DNA of 64,000 nt from an uncultured Candidatus Saccharibacteria bacterium. GTDB taxonomy: Bacteria; Patescibacteriota; Minisyncoccia; Phycocordibacterales; JAKAEA01. The stretch lies in the NCBI GenBank assembly GCA_964577595.1, contig CAZNZK010000002.1:150163-214162 (forward strand), read 5' to 3'. The position numbers and the translations under genes were made by a program. Below, one piece after another: positions 18,949 through 29,632 of this stretch. The notes under the pieces were generated by a model that ran no database searches, had not been told where the DNA came from, and worked only from the letters and a program-made list of their open reading frames with translations. How positions within the stretch are numbered: position 1 is the stretch's first letter; every line of letters starts with the position of its first letter.

Positions 18949-20550
18949 GTGGAATTTGACTCGCTTTTTTATCCGGTTGTAGTTGGCTTTGTTTTTGGTA
19001 CGCTTTTTGGGCCAATTGTTTCATCGTGGTTTTTTCTGGCCGCGACGGCGAGTGTGGCTAGCGGGCTAGCGCTGTGGCTGTGGACGGCTGGCCTAGCCTA
19101 CCGAAACCCTCGTGCGAAACAGTATTCGTGGCTGATGCTTTTGTTGGTATGTGTGGTAACGACTAGCGTTGGTTGTGGCTTGTTTCTAACTGCTTCTGTT
19201 AAGGCAGGCGACCCGGGCTTATCGGCGCAGGTTGGCAAGTGGGTGCAGTTGCGCGGAGTGGTTAGTGATGAGCCGGCGGAGAATGAAACAGCGACGCGGG
19301 TCACGGTTTCGGTTACTCTTTTAAATAGCAAAGCGGTGCGGGCAACAGGTGTGATATTTTCCGTGTCGCCCTACATGCAAGTGAATTACGGTGATGAAGT
19401 AACGGTGAGTGGTTTGTTGGAAAAACCGGAGGCATTCGCGACGGAAAATGGCGGAGTGTTTCTTTATGATAAATATCTGGCAGTGCGCGGGGTTTTCTTT
19501 ACGCTGATGCGTCCCACAAAGTTTACGGTGGTGAATTCCGGTCAAGGTAATTTTATAAAATCCGAGCTACTTTCATGTAAGCGCGGCGTAATTGCTCGTT
19601 TGGAATCCGCTATCGTTTTTCCTGAGTCACGCTTAGCGGCAGGACTAACGGTCGCTGGTAAGCAAGCGTTGCCGGCCGATGTGTTGGCCGATTTCACGCG
19701 CTCCGGAACTATTCAAGTGGTAGTGCTTTCCGGGTACAACGTTACTATTGTGGCGGAATTAGTGGTGTGGCTCTGTTCGCGTTTCGCGGGCTTTTTGCCA
19801 CAGGTGCTTGCCGAATTATGGCTCATGCGATTTTTAACGGGCATGAGTGCCGTCGCGGGTATTGTACTTTTTTGTATCATGGCGGGCGGCTCGGCCACTA
19901 TTGTGCGCGGCGGCATTATGGCTGTGGCCGCTATTGCCGCCAAGCTTTTTTCTCGCCGCTACAATGCTTTTCGGGCTTTCTGGTTTTCTGCGGCGGTTAT
20001 GCTTATTTTCAATCCGCTTTTGGCGGCGTATGATCCCTCGTTTCAGTATTCTTTTGTGGCAACGGCCGGCCTGCTCTATCTATCTCCGTGGTGTCTGAAA
20101 TTATTTTCGTTCTTACCCAAGCATTTTGACGTGCAAAGAACCGCGGCGGCAACGCTTGCTACCCAGCTCGCCGTTCTGCCGCTGGCGCTCTATGAAATGG
20201 GGCAGGTGAGTGTTGTCGCTCTACCGGCGAATCTTTTATTGTTCCTCGTCACGCCAGTGACGATGTTTGCGAGTTTCATTGTCGCCGCTACGGCATTTTT
20301 ATGGCCTTTTGGTGCAACACTCTTGGGTTGGGCTGATTGGCTTCTCTTGGCCTACCAGCTCTGGCTTGTCCACGTGTTTGCCAGTATCCCTTTGGCATTT
20401 TGGAATACGCCGCCGCTTCCCCTATGGATAGTGGGGCTCATTTATTTTAGTTGCACGCTGGTTTTGTGTATTCTGTATCGGCGGGCGAGTGGTGCGAAAC
20501 AAACTACTTCGCGGCCACCAGAAAATTTTGTTCCACAACGGCCCAGTTGA
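18949..20550 (+). CDS. comEC: ComEC/Rec2 DNA-internalisation channel, membrane part (DUF4131 plus competence domain); the metallo-beta-lactamase domain is missing from this ORF
   Basis: Polytopic protein with an N-terminal OB-like DUF4131 region and the ComEC competence TM core. GTG start. Its 3' end overlaps the sod gene on the opposite strand by 47 nt. Confidence 0.8.
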   Translation: MEFDSLFYPVVVGFVFGTLFGPIVSSWFFLAATASVASGLALWLWTAGLAYRNPRAKQYSWLMLLLVCVVTTSVGCGLFLTASVKAGDPGLSAQVGKWVQLRGVVSDEPAENETATRVTVSVTLLNSKAVRATGVIFSVSPYMQVNYGDEVTVSGLLEKPEAFATENGGVFLYDKYLAVRGVFFTLMRPTKFTVVNSGQGNFIKSELLSCKRGVIARLESAIVFPESRLAAGLTVAGKQALPADVLADFTRSGTIQVVVLSGYNVTIVAELVVWLCSRFAGFLPQVLAELWLMRFLTGMSAVAGIVLFCIMAGGSATIVRGGIMAVAAIAAKLFSRRYNAFRAFWFSAAVMLIFNPLLAAYDPSFQYSFVATAGLLYLSPWCLKLFSFLPKHFDVQRTAAATLATQLAVLPLALYEMGQVSVVALPANLLLFLVTPVTMFASFIVAATAFLWPFGATLLGWADWLLLAYQLWLVHVFASIPLAFWNTPPLPLWIVGLIYFSCTLVLCILYRRASGAKQTTSRPPENFVPQRPS

Positions 20551-21097
20551 CGTTGGCGAGGAATGCCTCAACGTATTTCTTCTTGTCGGTAGCGTAATCT
20601 AAGTAAAAGGAATGTTCCCACATATCAATGCCAAAAACATAGGGAAGGCCGTTAAGTTGGCCGAGATGTTGTTCATCTATCCAGGCGTTGGTGAGTTTTT
20701 CTGCGATAGGGTCGTAGTAGAGAATGGCCCAACCGATGCCGCGGGTCATGGCGATTGTTTTGAAGCGAGCAAGCCAGGCGTCAAAAGAACCCCATTCTTT
20801 TTCTACCACTTTTTTTAGTTGAGAATTGGCGGTCAGAGTTTTTGCCCCACCTTCCAAGGATTTGAAATAATACTCATGATTGCGCATGCCATTAAATTCA
20901 AAACTAAAGCGGCGTTGGAGTTCGCTGGCCGCGTAGGCATCTGCGTCACCATTTTTTCCGTACGCTTCAATTTTCTGCATAACTAGGTTGGCATTTTTAA
21001 CGTAGCCAGCATAGAGCTTGAGGTGCTCGTCTACCGTTTTTTTTGAAATGCCGGCCAGCTCGGGGATGGAAAACTTTTGTTCGGTGTATTCGCTCAT
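20504..21097 (-). CDS. sodA: Fe/Mn superoxide dismutase
   Basis: C-terminal DMWEHSFYLDY and NWAVVEQNF, central NHEYYF. The N-terminal metal-ligand region is only partly canonical (a single His where HHxKHH is expected). Confidence 0.8.
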   Translation of the reverse strand: MSEYTEQKFSIPELAGISKKTVDEHLKLYAGYVKNANLVMQKIEAYGKNGDADAYAASELQRRFSFEFNGMRNHEYYFKSLEGGAKTLTANSQLKKVVEKEWGSFDAWLARFKTIAMTRGIGWAILYYDPIAEKLTNAWIDEQHLGQLNGLPYVFGIDMWEHSFYLDYATDKKKYVEAFLANVNWAVVEQNFLVAAK

Positions 21098-21161
21098 GTT
21101 TTTAATATTATTTTTAAAATTTATTCAGCACTATTTTAACCACTGGCTTTATACTGACCCC

Positions 21162-21980
21162 ATGAAATTTACCATGAAATATATTCTTCCCATAATGGGC
21201 GTTCTTATTGTCGCCCTTGTCATAGAAGGCTACATAATATCTCGTCAGTGGCCGACAGACTATCTTACCGTGGCCATTTTAAATGTCGGCCAAGGCGAAG
21301 CTATATATATAGATACGCCAAAACACCACCGCTTACTTATTGACGGCGGGGCCACGCACGCCATACTCGGCGAGCTTAGCAGGTTTGTGCCTTTTTACAC
21401 TCGTTTCTTAGACGCTGTGATTCTGACGGCCCCCGAAGATTTGCGGGTCGGTGGCCTTGTTGATGTATTGAATAGCTACCGTACTGGAACCATAATTATA
21501 CCAAGCGGTACTTCCAGTTCGCAACTCTACACGCAATTAAAAGATATCATCGTCAAGCAACAAATCGCCACCAGTTCAGCTGAGCGAGGACTCGCGCTTA
21601 ATTTTGGCGATGGTGTCTATTTAACAATTCTATATCCCGATAAAAATTCTCTAGCTAGTGCCGACATCGGGCCAATTATGGGTAAATTAACATTCGGCTC
21701 AACCTCCGTGCTTCTTACCGCCGGCGCCCCCGCGGGGTTTGAGGATTATGTTCTTGCACAAAATGGCACGAGCACTCTTGCTAGCACTATTTTCACCACT
21801 CTTTACGACGGCCCTAAAAACGTGCCGTCACCAAACTTCATTGAGGCGGTTTCGCCACAGTGGTTAGCTGTTTCGGCAAAATCAGTTTTTCCCAACGACT
21901 TCGCTATTCCAACACTTTATACGTTTCAAAACGATACAATCGTCTTTCACTGCACGAAGGAGAAATGCGTTCTTAAATGA
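21162..21980 (+). CDS. Standalone ComEC-type metallo-beta-lactamase domain protein with N-terminal TM anchor
   Basis: ILNVGQGEAIYIDTPKHHRLLIDGG matches the ComEC MBL domain. Start set to the ATG at 21162; the track ORF starts at 21018 inside sod. Confidence 0.7.
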   Translation: MKFTMKYILPIMGVLIVALVIEGYIISRQWPTDYLTVAILNVGQGEAIYIDTPKHHRLLIDGGATHAILGELSRFVPFYTRFLDAVILTAPEDLRVGGLVDVLNSYRTGTIIIPSGTSSSQLYTQLKDIIVKQQIATSSAERGLALNFGDGVYLTILYPDKNSLASADIGPIMGKLTFGSTSVLLTAGAPAGFEDYVLAQNGTSTLASTIFTTLYDGPKNVPSPNFIEAVSPQWLAVSAKSVFPNDFAIPTLYTFQNDTIVFHCTKEKCVLK

Positions 21981-22215
21981 GTCCGGCTTTCTTAAAGGTG
22001 GCGTAGGCGCCGTTTTTGTTGATGGTTTTAATGGCCTTGGTGGAAAGGGTCACGATAATGGACTTGTTCATTTCAGGAATGAAAATTTTCTTCTTCTGGA
22101 GGTTGGGGTACTTGCGGACATTGCCGGTAGGGTTGTATTGGGTAGCACGGGTGCGGTTGGAGTATCCACCTCCCATGATGGAACCTTTTTTAGTTACGGG
22201 GCAAATTTTGGCCAT
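21973..22215 (-). CDS. rpmB: 50S ribosomal protein L28
   Basis: MAKICPVTKKGS...NRTRATQYNPTGNVRK is typical of L28. Confidence 0.85.
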   Translation of the reverse strand: MAKICPVTKKGSIMGGGYSNRTRATQYNPTGNVRKYPNLQKKKIFIPEMNKSIIVTLSTKAIKTINKNGAYATFKKAGLI

Positions 22216-22284
22216 ATATTTTATCCTAATATTTTGTATTCGGAGACGGCCATAGTATCATGGCAGTATCGTAAACGCAACTGT

Positions 22285-22905
22285 ATGCTCACAACCCCGC
22301 TAGACATCATTTTTTACATTATTATCCTGGTGATGTCTATCGTCATCCATGAAGTTTCGCATGGTTACGCCGCTTATATCCAAGGCGACGCAACCGCCGA
22401 GCGCGCAGGCCGGTTGACTCTCAACCCCCTAAAGCACTTGGATTTTGTCGGCTCCCTTATTGTGCCTCTGGTTACCTATTTTCTTGCAGGTATTCCTTTT
22501 GGTTGGGCCAAACCGGTGCCCTTTAACCCCTACAACCTGCGCAATCAACGCTGGGGCGAAACTATTGTGGCTGTTGCTGGCCCGGCCGCGAACTTCCTTA
22601 TAGCGATAGTATTCGCCATTCTGGTGCGTATTGCCATTCCGCTTGGTCTACCCGATTCTTTCGTGAGCGTCTGTGCTTTAGTGGTGCTGGCTAACATTGG
22701 CTTGGGTATTTTCAACTTAGTACCCATTCCGCCCTTAGACGGCTCAAAAATCCTTTTTGGTCTTTTGCCGTTTTATATAAGCCGTTCGTTTCGGGCCGTA
22801 TATGAGCGTTACTCTCTCATTATTCTGCTCGCTTTTATCTTTTTCCTGCCGCAAATACTTAGCCCTGCCATCACTTTCATCTTTAACCGCCTTGTTGGCC
22901 AGTAA
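22285..22905 (+). CDS. Site-2 protease family (peptidase M50) membrane metalloprotease
   Basis: HEVSHGYAA zinc motif within a TM helix, a second LDGxxxL-type motif, polytopic. Start at internal ATG 22285 to avoid overlap with rpmB. Confidence 0.75.
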   Translation: MLTTPLDIIFYIIILVMSIVIHEVSHGYAAYIQGDATAERAGRLTLNPLKHLDFVGSLIVPLVTYFLAGIPFGWAKPVPFNPYNLRNQRWGETIVAVAGPAANFLIAIVFAILVRIAIPLGLPDSFVSVCALVVLANIGLGIFNLVPIPPLDGSKILFGLLPFYISRSFRAVYERYSLIILLAFIFFLPQILSPAITFIFNRLVGQ

Positions 22906-22948
22906 TGTTGCGTTTTTCTATGTATTCTGTTAGAGTACGCTCTCAAAT

Positions 22949-23365
22949 ATGCCGACAGTAAATCAACTCGTCCGTCATCGCCGCACCAAAGTGTCGCGAA
23001 AGCCAAAGGCCGTTGCTCTGCAGCGTTCTTTTAATGTGCTTAAGAATCGCCCCGTTTTCTTCCCATCGCCTTTCAAGCGCGGCGTTTGCACGAAGGTCAC
23101 CACCAAAACTCCTAAGAAGCCTAACTCCGCTATTCGTAAAATCGCCCGCGTGCGCCTCACTAATGGTATGGAAGTCACTGCCTACATCCCGGGTATGGGT
23201 CACAATCTCCAGGAACACTCTGTTGTTATTTTGCGCGGTGGAAAGGTAAAGGATGTTGGTCTCCGCTACACCATTGTTCGCGGTCGCTTGGATGCTGGTG
23301 GGGTAGAAGGTCGCCGCAAAGAACGCAGTAACTACGGCGCAAAGAAGCCCAAAGCCGCCAAATAA
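22949..23365 (+). CDS. rpsL: 30S ribosomal protein S12
   Basis: [39 protein letters not shown] and [14 protein letters not shown]. Carries a short insertion near the N-terminus. Confidence 0.93.
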   Translation: MPTVNQLVRHRRTKVSRKPKAVALQRSFNVLKNRPVFFPSPFKRGVCTKVTTKTPKKPNSAIRKIARVRLTNGMEVTAYIPGMGHNLQEHSVVILRGGKVKDVGLRYTIVRGRLDAGGVEGRRKERSNYGAKKPKAAK

Positions 23366-23377
23366 TTTTTTCCTACC

Positions 23378-23848
23378 ATGCGCCGCAAACTCAAACGTAA
23401 GCATAAATTAGTCGCTGATCCGCAATACAATTCGGAAAAAGTGGCCAAGTTTATCAACTGTGTCATGACTCGTGGCAAGAAAAATGCCGCCCGTTTCGTT
23501 GTATACGGAGCTTTGGACGCTATTAAAGAGAGAACAAAAACAGAGGATCCATTAGCCCTCTTTGACGAAGCTCTCCGCAACGTTGGCCCGGCTATGGAAG
23601 TGCGCTCTCGCCGCGTTGGCGGTGCCAACTACCAGGTTCCTCGCGAAGTTCGCCCGGAACGCAAGCAGGCCCTCGCTATTCGCTGGCTTATTGCCGCCGC
23701 TCGCGGTAAAAAAGGCAAGCCGATGGCTGAAAAACTCGCTGACGAGCTTATTGCCGCTTCTAAAAACGAAGGTGAGGCTATCAAAAAGCGCGAAAACACC
23801 ATTAAAATGGCCGAAGCCAACAAGGCTTTCGCTCACTTTGCGTGGTAG
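23378..23848 (+). CDS. rpsG: 30S ribosomal protein S7
   Basis: Typical S7 sequence and its position in the str operon. Confidence 0.93.
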   Translation: MRRKLKRKHKLVADPQYNSEKVAKFINCVMTRGKKNAARFVVYGALDAIKERTKTEDPLALFDEALRNVGPAMEVRSRRVGGANYQVPREVRPERKQALAIRWLIAAARGKKGKPMAEKLADELIAASKNEGEAIKKRENTIKMAEANKAFAHFAW

Positions 23849-23957
23849 GGAACACTATCTTAAGATAAAAATTCTTATTTTTATCCAGCACTACTTTCAA
23901 TACAGCGGTTGGATGTATTGCGAATAAAACGATTTTCTTGTATTCTTCACAACAAAT

Positions 23958-23990
23958 AGGCCAATGGCCTCTTTTTAAAACTTTTTTATT
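23958..23990 (+). terminator. Hairpin ggccaatggcc followed by tcttttt in the 187-nt rpsG-fusA spacer (candidate attenuator or terminator)
   Basis: Read directly. Confidence 0.45.
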
Positions 23991-24035
23991 CAAGTTTATT
24001 TAAACGACAAATAAGCCACGAAGTGGTACCCCACT

Positions 24036-26195
24036 ATGAACCGCGACTATCCTTTAGATTCAGTACGAAATTTCGGTATTATTGCGCACATTGATGCCGG
24101 TAAAACCACTACCAGCGAGCGCATTTTGTACTACACGGGCATGAGCCATAAAATCGGCGAAGTGCACGAAGGTAACACGGTCACCGACTGGATGGAGCAG
24201 GAACGCGAGCGCGGTATCACCATCACCGCCGCCGCCATCACTTGTTTTTGGCATCCTACCTACGCCATGAGTGCTGATGGTAAACCTGATCTCGCAAAGA
24301 AAGTTCGTTTCAACATCATTGATACTCCGGGCCACATTGACTTTACCGCTGAAGTGAAGCGCTCACTTCGCGTTTTGGACGGCGCGGTAGTAGTTTTTGA
24401 CGGCGTGGCTGGTGTTGAGCCACAAAGCGAAACCAATTGGCGCTATGCCGACGACGGCAACGTGCCGCGCATTTGTTTCATTAACAAGCTTGATCGTATG
24501 GGTGCCTCCTTTGAGCGTTCATTCCAGTCTATTCTTGAGCGTTTGAATAAAAATGCAGTGCGCATGCAAATTCCCATCGGCACCGAAGAAAATTTTGAGG
24601 CAGTCATTGACCTGCTCCGCATGAAGTCCTATCACTTTGAGGGGGAAATGGGCAATCAAATTATTGAGAAGGATGTGCCGGCAGAATATCTTGAGCAGGC
24701 TAAAAAGTATCGCGCTGAGCTTGTAGAAAAAATTGTTGAGCAGGATGACACACTCATGAGCGCTTATTTGGAAGGAAAAGAACCTTCTTTGGCGGATCTC
24801 AAAAAAACCTTACGTAAGGCCACCATTGAGGTAAAAATCATTCCCGTTTTCACTGGTTCCGCTCTCAAAAATAAGGGCGTTCAGCTTGTGTTGGATGCGG
24901 TTGTTGATTACTTGCCGAGCCCGTTGGATATTCCTCCTGTGCACGGTATTGATCCGCGCAATGGCAATGAAATCTATCGCCATGCTGATGACAAAGAGCC
25001 GTTCTCTGCATTGGCTTTCAAATTACAAAACGACCCGTTCGTAGGAGCACTCACATTTTTCCGTGTTTACTCCGGTACAATTGAGGCGGGCAGCTACATC
25101 TATAACGCCACTACCGGTGAGAAAGAACGCCTCGGTCGCATTGTTCGCCTCCAGGCCGACAAGCGTGAGGAAGTTAAAAAAGTATTTGCCGGCGAAATCG
25201 CCGCCGCCGTGGGTATTAAGGGCGCAAAAACATCCCATACATTTTGTGATGAGGCCAACCCGATCATTCTTGATCCTATTAAGTTTATGAAGCCCGTGGT
25301 TTCGCTCCGTATTGAGCCGAAAACCAAGGCTGACCAAGAGAAAATGGGCCTTGCCCTCAAGAAGCTTTCTGATGAAGACCCCACGTTTATCATTAGTACC
25401 AATACCGAAACAGGGGAGACCATCGTCTCCGGCATGGGTGAGCTCCACTTGGAAATCATGGTGGACAGAATGAAGCGTGAATTCAGTGTGGAAGCCAATG
25501 TTGGCGAGCCGCAAGTTGCCTATCGCGAAACTATTACCGCGGAAGCTGAAGCCGAACACAAATACATCAAACAATCTGGTGGTAAGGGTCAATACGGTCA
25601 CGTCAAAATCACGCTCAAGCCAATGGAGCCCTTGGTTGAGGGTAAGAAAATTCCCAAGAACGTTAAGCGTTACGATGACTTTGAATTTATTGATTCTATC
25701 AAGGGTGGCGCTATTCCTCAGGAATTTATCCCGGCCGTTGAAAAGGGTGTGCGCGAAGCTATGGGCCGCGGCATTATCGCCGGTTTCCCTATGGTCAACA
25801 TTTCCTGCGAGTTAACCTACGGTTCTTACCACGACGTTGACTCCTCCGAAATCGCCTATAAAATCGCCGCCTCCCAGGCGTTTCAAGATGGCGCTAAGCG
25901 TGCAAAACCCGTTATTCTTGAGCCTATTATGAAGATTGAGGTTTCCGTTCCTGAGAAATTCTTCGGCGACATCACCGGCAACCTTTCCGGCAAGCGCGCT
26001 CAAATTGAAGGCTTTGAGGATCGCCCGGGCGGTATCAAGCTCATTCGCGCCACCGTCCCTCTCTCTGAAATGTTCGGTTACACCAACCAGCTCCGCTCTA
26101 TGACGGAGGGCCGTGGCATGGCTCCTATGGAATTTTCTCACTATGCCATCGTTCCTCCGCAAGTTGAGAAGCAGATTGTTGAGGGGAAGAAATAG
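24036..26195 (+). CDS. fusA: Elongation factor G
   Basis: GTPase G1-G5 motifs ([18 protein letters not shown]), domains II to V. Confidence 0.95.
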   Translation: MNRDYPLDSVRNFGIIAHIDAGKTTTSERILYYTGMSHKIGEVHEGNTVTDWMEQERERGITITAAAITCFWHPTYAMSADGKPDLAKKVRFNIIDTPGHIDFTAEVKRSLRVLDGAVVVFDGVAGVEPQSETNWRYADDGNVPRICFINKLDRMGASFERSFQSILERLNKNAVRMQIPIGTEENFEAVIDLLRMKSYHFEGEMGNQIIEKDVPAEYLEQAKKYRAELVEKIVEQDDTLMSAYLEGKEPSLADLKKTLRKATIEVKIIPVFTGSALKNKGVQLVLDAVVDYLPSPLDIPPVHGIDPRNGNEIYRHADDKEPFSALAFKLQNDPFVGALTFFRVYSGTIEAGSYIYNATTGEKERLGRIVRLQADKREEVKKVFAGEIAAAVGIKGAKTSHTFCDEANPIILDPIKFMKPVVSLRIEPKTKADQEKMGLALKKLSDEDPTFIISTNTETGETIVSGMGELHLEIMVDRMKREFSVEANVGEPQVAYRETITAEAEAEHKYIKQSGGKGQYGHVKITLKPMEPLVEGKKIPKNVKRYDDFEFIDSIKGGAIPQEFIPAVEKGVREAMGRGIIAGFPMVNISCELTYGSYHDVDSSEIAYKIAASQAFQDGAKRAKPVILEPIMKIEVSVPEKFFGDITGNLSGKRAQIEGFEDRPGGIKLIRATVPLSEMFGYTNQLRSMTEGRGMAPMEFSHYAIVPPQVEKQIVEGKK

Positions 26196-26268
26196 AGCGA
26201 AAAAAGCTGAGGATGTTATACTTGTTAGTATAGGTCGATCCTTTATCTTTATCATAAAACCAATTTCT

Positions 26269-26478
26269 ATGGATCCAGTATCTCAAGGCAACAACTTCAA
26301 GGTCTGCAAGTGCCCGCATCACAGCATCAAGCCGTGGGCGATGATTCTTATTGGCGTTGTTATCATTCTTGCCGCTACTCAAGTGCTTGATATGGAAACC
26401 TCGCTCATTATCATTGGTGCGCTCATTATCGTGAAGGGCTTCATGAAGCTCATGGGCCGCAAGTGCAAGTGTTGCTAA
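26269..26478 (+). CDS. Small Cys-rich membrane protein (69 aa), hypothetical
   Basis: KVCKCPHH at the N-terminus, two hydrophobic helices and a C-terminal RKCKCC. Start taken at internal ATG 26269. Followed by a hairpin terminator at about 26490-26530. Confidence 0.4.
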   Translation: MDPVSQGNNFKVCKCPHHSIKPWAMILIGVVIILAATQVLDMETSLIIIGALIIVKGFMKLMGRKCKCC

Positions 26479-26630
26479 AATAGTCAGTTTTTCAAGAAAA
26501 GGCTGTATCCTATTGACGGGATATAGCCTTTTCTGCTACTATGGCCAATACCGCTTTTGCGTCGTTTTTATTTGTCGGTTGGCATTTTTTATTAGTTAGT
26601 TCATTATTTACTAAAATTTAACAAAAGTAT

Positions 26631-27815
26631 ATGGCAAATTTTGAGAGAACAAAGCTGCACGTTAACGTCGGCACCATCGGTCACATTGACCACGGCAAGA
26701 GCACCTTGACCGCGGCTCTTGTTGCTGTTCAGGCAAAGAAGGGCTTGGCCACAGCAAAGGCTTACGCCGATATTACCAAGGGTGGTACGGTTCGTGATGC
26801 CACCAAAACCGTCACTATCTCGCTTTCTCACGTAGAATACGAGTCAACCAAGCGTCACTACGCCCACATCGACGCTCCGGGCCACGCCGACTACATTAAG
26901 AACATGATTACTGGCGCCGCCCAAATGGACGGAGCTATTCTCGTTGTTTCTGCCACCGACGGCGTTATGCCACAAACTCGTGAGCACATTCTTTTGGCCT
27001 ACCAAGTTGGCGTGCCCAAGATTGTGGTCTTCTTGAATAAGTGCGATCTCGTTGAGGAAAAAGATCTCATTGACCTCGTTGAAGAAGAAGTTCGCGAGCT
27101 CTTAACTAAGAACAAATACGACGGCAAAAATACTCCTGTTATCCGTGGTTCAGCCACTGGCGCCATTGAAGGTAAGCCGGAATGGGTTGCTAAAATTGAC
27201 GAGCTCTTGAATGCTTTGGATACCTACATTCCTGATCCTATCCGCGAAACTGACAAGCCGTTCCTCATGCCTATTGAAGACATCTTCTCTATTGAAGGTC
27301 GTGGCACCGTAGTCACCGGCCGCATTGAGCGCGGTATGGTCAAAATCGGCGACGAAGTAGAAATCGTCGGCTTTAAGGACACCACCAAAACTACCATCAC
27401 TGGTATTGAAATGTTCAATAAGCAGTTGAAGGAAGGTATTGCTGGTGACAACGCCGGCCTCTTGCTCCGCGGTACCGCTAAGGATGGCGTATCTCGCGGC
27501 CAGGTGCTTTCTAAGCCTGGTTCTGTGAAGCCCCACACTGAGTTTGAGTCAGAAGTATATATTCTCAAGAAAGAAGAAGGTGGTCGTCACACTCCGTTCT
27601 TCTCTGGTTATAAGCCTCAGTTCTATATCCGCACTACCGACGTTACTGGTGAGGTTACCCTCAAGGAAGGTGTTGAAATGGTTATGCCAGGCGATACTGT
27701 TACTTTCAAGGTTAAGCTCGTTGCCCCGGTCGCTCTTGAAGACAAACAGCGCTTTGCTATTCGCGAAGGTGGCCACACTGTGGGCGCCGGCGTTGTTACC
27801 AAGGTTGTTGCTTAA
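26631..27815 (+). CDS. tuf: Elongation factor Tu
   Basis: [18 protein letters not shown] and the rest of EF-Tu. Confidence 0.97.
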   Translation: MANFERTKLHVNVGTIGHIDHGKSTLTAALVAVQAKKGLATAKAYADITKGGTVRDATKTVTISLSHVEYESTKRHYAHIDAPGHADYIKNMITGAAQMDGAILVVSATDGVMPQTREHILLAYQVGVPKIVVFLNKCDLVEEKDLIDLVEEEVRELLTKNKYDGKNTPVIRGSATGAIEGKPEWVAKIDELLNALDTYIPDPIRETDKPFLMPIEDIFSIEGRGTVVTGRIERGMVKIGDEVEIVGFKDTTKTTITGIEMFNKQLKEGIAGDNAGLLLRGTAKDGVSRGQVLSKPGSVKPHTEFESEVYILKKEEGGRHTPFFSGYKPQFYIRTTDVTGEVTLKEGVEMVMPGDTVTFKVKLVAPVALEDKQRFAIREGGHTVGAGVVTKVVA

Positions 27816-27848
27816 TCGGTTCCTATCCTCTCCATTCCCTTAACTACC

Positions 27849-28235
27849 ATGGCCGAAACTACCGTAAAAAATTCAAAACCTGCCGCTAAGAAGCCCTCGG
27901 CCAAGAAGTCTGCTCCAGTTAAGGATGTCATTCAACGCTTACGCATCCGCGTTCGTGCCTATGAATACAAGGTTTTGGATGTTTCTGTTCGCCAAATCAT
28001 AGACACTGCTTCGCGTTTTGACGCTGAAGTGGTTGGCCCTATTCCATTGCCGACAGAAATCAAAAAATATACCGTCAATCGTTCCTCTTTTGTGCACAAG
28101 AATGCTCGTGAGCAGTTTGAGATGCGCGTGCACAAGCGTCTCATTGACATCATCAATCCGTCAGCGAAACTGATTGAATCGCTTACCAACCTCAGCCTCC
28201 CGTCCGGAGTAACCATTGACGTAAAGATCCTGTAA
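27849..28235 (+). CDS. rpsJ: 30S ribosomal protein S10 with Lys/Ala-rich N-terminal extension of about 25 aa
   Basis: S10 core IRIRVRAYEYKVLD...SAKLI. Confidence 0.93.
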   Translation: MAETTVKNSKPAAKKPSAKKSAPVKDVIQRLRIRVRAYEYKVLDVSVRQIIDTASRFDAEVVGPIPLPTEIKKYTVNRSSFVHKNAREQFEMRVHKRLIDIINPSAKLIESLTNLSLPSGVTIDVKIL

Positions 28236-28268
28236 TGCACTACACGGAATAGATGTCAAAAAACTGCC

Positions 28269-28916
28269 ATGAAATCAAAGCCCTCAGCTCAGAAAGCCTC
28301 CCGTAAATTTTTATTGGGTACGAAGCGTGAAATGTCACAAGTCTTCAATGAAGACGGTTCGGTCACACCAGTTACTATTCTCAAAATCAGTCCGATGACC
28401 GTTACCGGCCTCCGCGCCGTTGAAAAGAATGGATACAAAGCCGTGCAAGTCGGTTTCGGTGAGCGCCGCCCAAAAAATATTAACAAAGCTCAACAGGGCC
28501 AGTTTGGCAAGTTGGGTAGTTTTCGCTACGTCAAAGAATTTCGCATTGCTGCCGATACTGATGTTAAGGCGGCAGTGGGGGATAAGGTAGAGGCTACTAC
28601 ATTCGCGGTTGGTGATAAAGTCGCCGTTTCTGGCGTCTCCAAAGGTAAGGGTTTCCAAGGCGTGGTGAAGCGTCACGGTTTCCATGGTGGTCCGCGCTCT
28701 CACGGTCAGAAACACTCCGAACGTGAGCCAGGCTCAATTTCCGGTGGTTTGCGCACCACATTGCGCAGCGGCGTCCGCATGGCCGGTCGCATGGGTGGCG
28801 ATCGTATTACCGTCAAAAATCTTAAAGTGGCCGCCATTGATACGGCTGCCGGCACTATTACGGTAAGTGGCGCTATTCCTGGCCGCCGCGGTACGCTTGT
28901 GGAAATCCGCGGATAA
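28269..28916 (+). CDS. rplC: 50S ribosomal protein L3
   Basis: L3 motifs and operon position. Confidence 0.93.
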   Translation: MKSKPSAQKASRKFLLGTKREMSQVFNEDGSVTPVTILKISPMTVTGLRAVEKNGYKAVQVGFGERRPKNINKAQQGQFGKLGSFRYVKEFRIAADTDVKAAVGDKVEATTFAVGDKVAVSGVSKGKGFQGVVKRHGFHGGPRSHGQKHSEREPGSISGGLRTTLRSGVRMAGRMGGDRITVKNLKVAAIDTAAGTITVSGAIPGRRGTLVEIRG

Positions 28917-28960
28917 TGCTAGTTTAGGGAACCCTCCAGTATCATAAAAGCTCAAATTTA

Positions 28961-29614
28961 ATGAAAACCAAGGTCTACAACCAAAAAGGCAAGGAAGTTG
29001 AGGGTATGGAATTACCCGCCGAGCTTTTTGCTGTTCCTTGGAATGCCGACATGGTCCACCAGGTTGTTACCTCTATGACCAGCGATTCTCGTGATTCTTT
29101 GGCTCATGCCAAAACTCGCGGTGAAGTTTCCGGCGGTGGTAAGAAGCCTTGGCAACAGAAAGGCACCGGCCGTGCCCGTCACGGTTCCACGCGTTCTCCT
29201 ATTTGGGTTGGTGGTGGTACCACTCACGGCCCTCGCCACGAGAAGAATTACGCCCGCAAGGTTAATAAGAAAATGAAGAATAAGGCCCTTCGCGCCATTC
29301 TTTCCCGTAAACTCAAAGACGGAGAGGTTCTTTTTATTGACGCTATCACTTTTGCCGAGCCGAAGACTAAAATCGCTCGCGAAGTCTGGGGCGCTTTCGC
29401 TGGTATTGCCGGCTTCGAGCGTTTGGCCACTAAAAAAATCAATGCCGCTTTCATCGTTTTGCCGAATAAAGACAAAGCCGTAGAAAAAAGCTTCAGTAAT
29501 TTTGGTAACGTGGAAGTTGGTGAAGCTCGCAACCTCAATCCGTTCAATCTCCTCAATCATAAGTTCTTGATTGTCGCCGATCCGAAAGAGTCTTTTAAAA
29601 TGATTCCGCAGTAA
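28961..29614 (+). CDS. rplD: 50S ribosomal protein L4
   Basis: L4 sequence and operon position. Confidence 0.93.
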   Translation: MKTKVYNQKGKEVEGMELPAELFAVPWNADMVHQVVTSMTSDSRDSLAHAKTRGEVSGGGKKPWQQKGTGRARHGSTRSPIWVGGGTTHGPRHEKNYARKVNKKMKNKALRAILSRKLKDGEVLFIDAITFAEPKTKIAREVWGAFAGIAGFERLATKKINAAFIVLPNKDKAVEKSFSNFGNVEVGEARNLNPFNLLNHKFLIVADPKESFKMIPQ

Positions 29615-29632
29615 AATAATTTTTATACTCAT

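Noticed and set aside
25023-25601. 192-aa ORF antisense to fusA
   Set aside because: A shadow ORF within EF-G.
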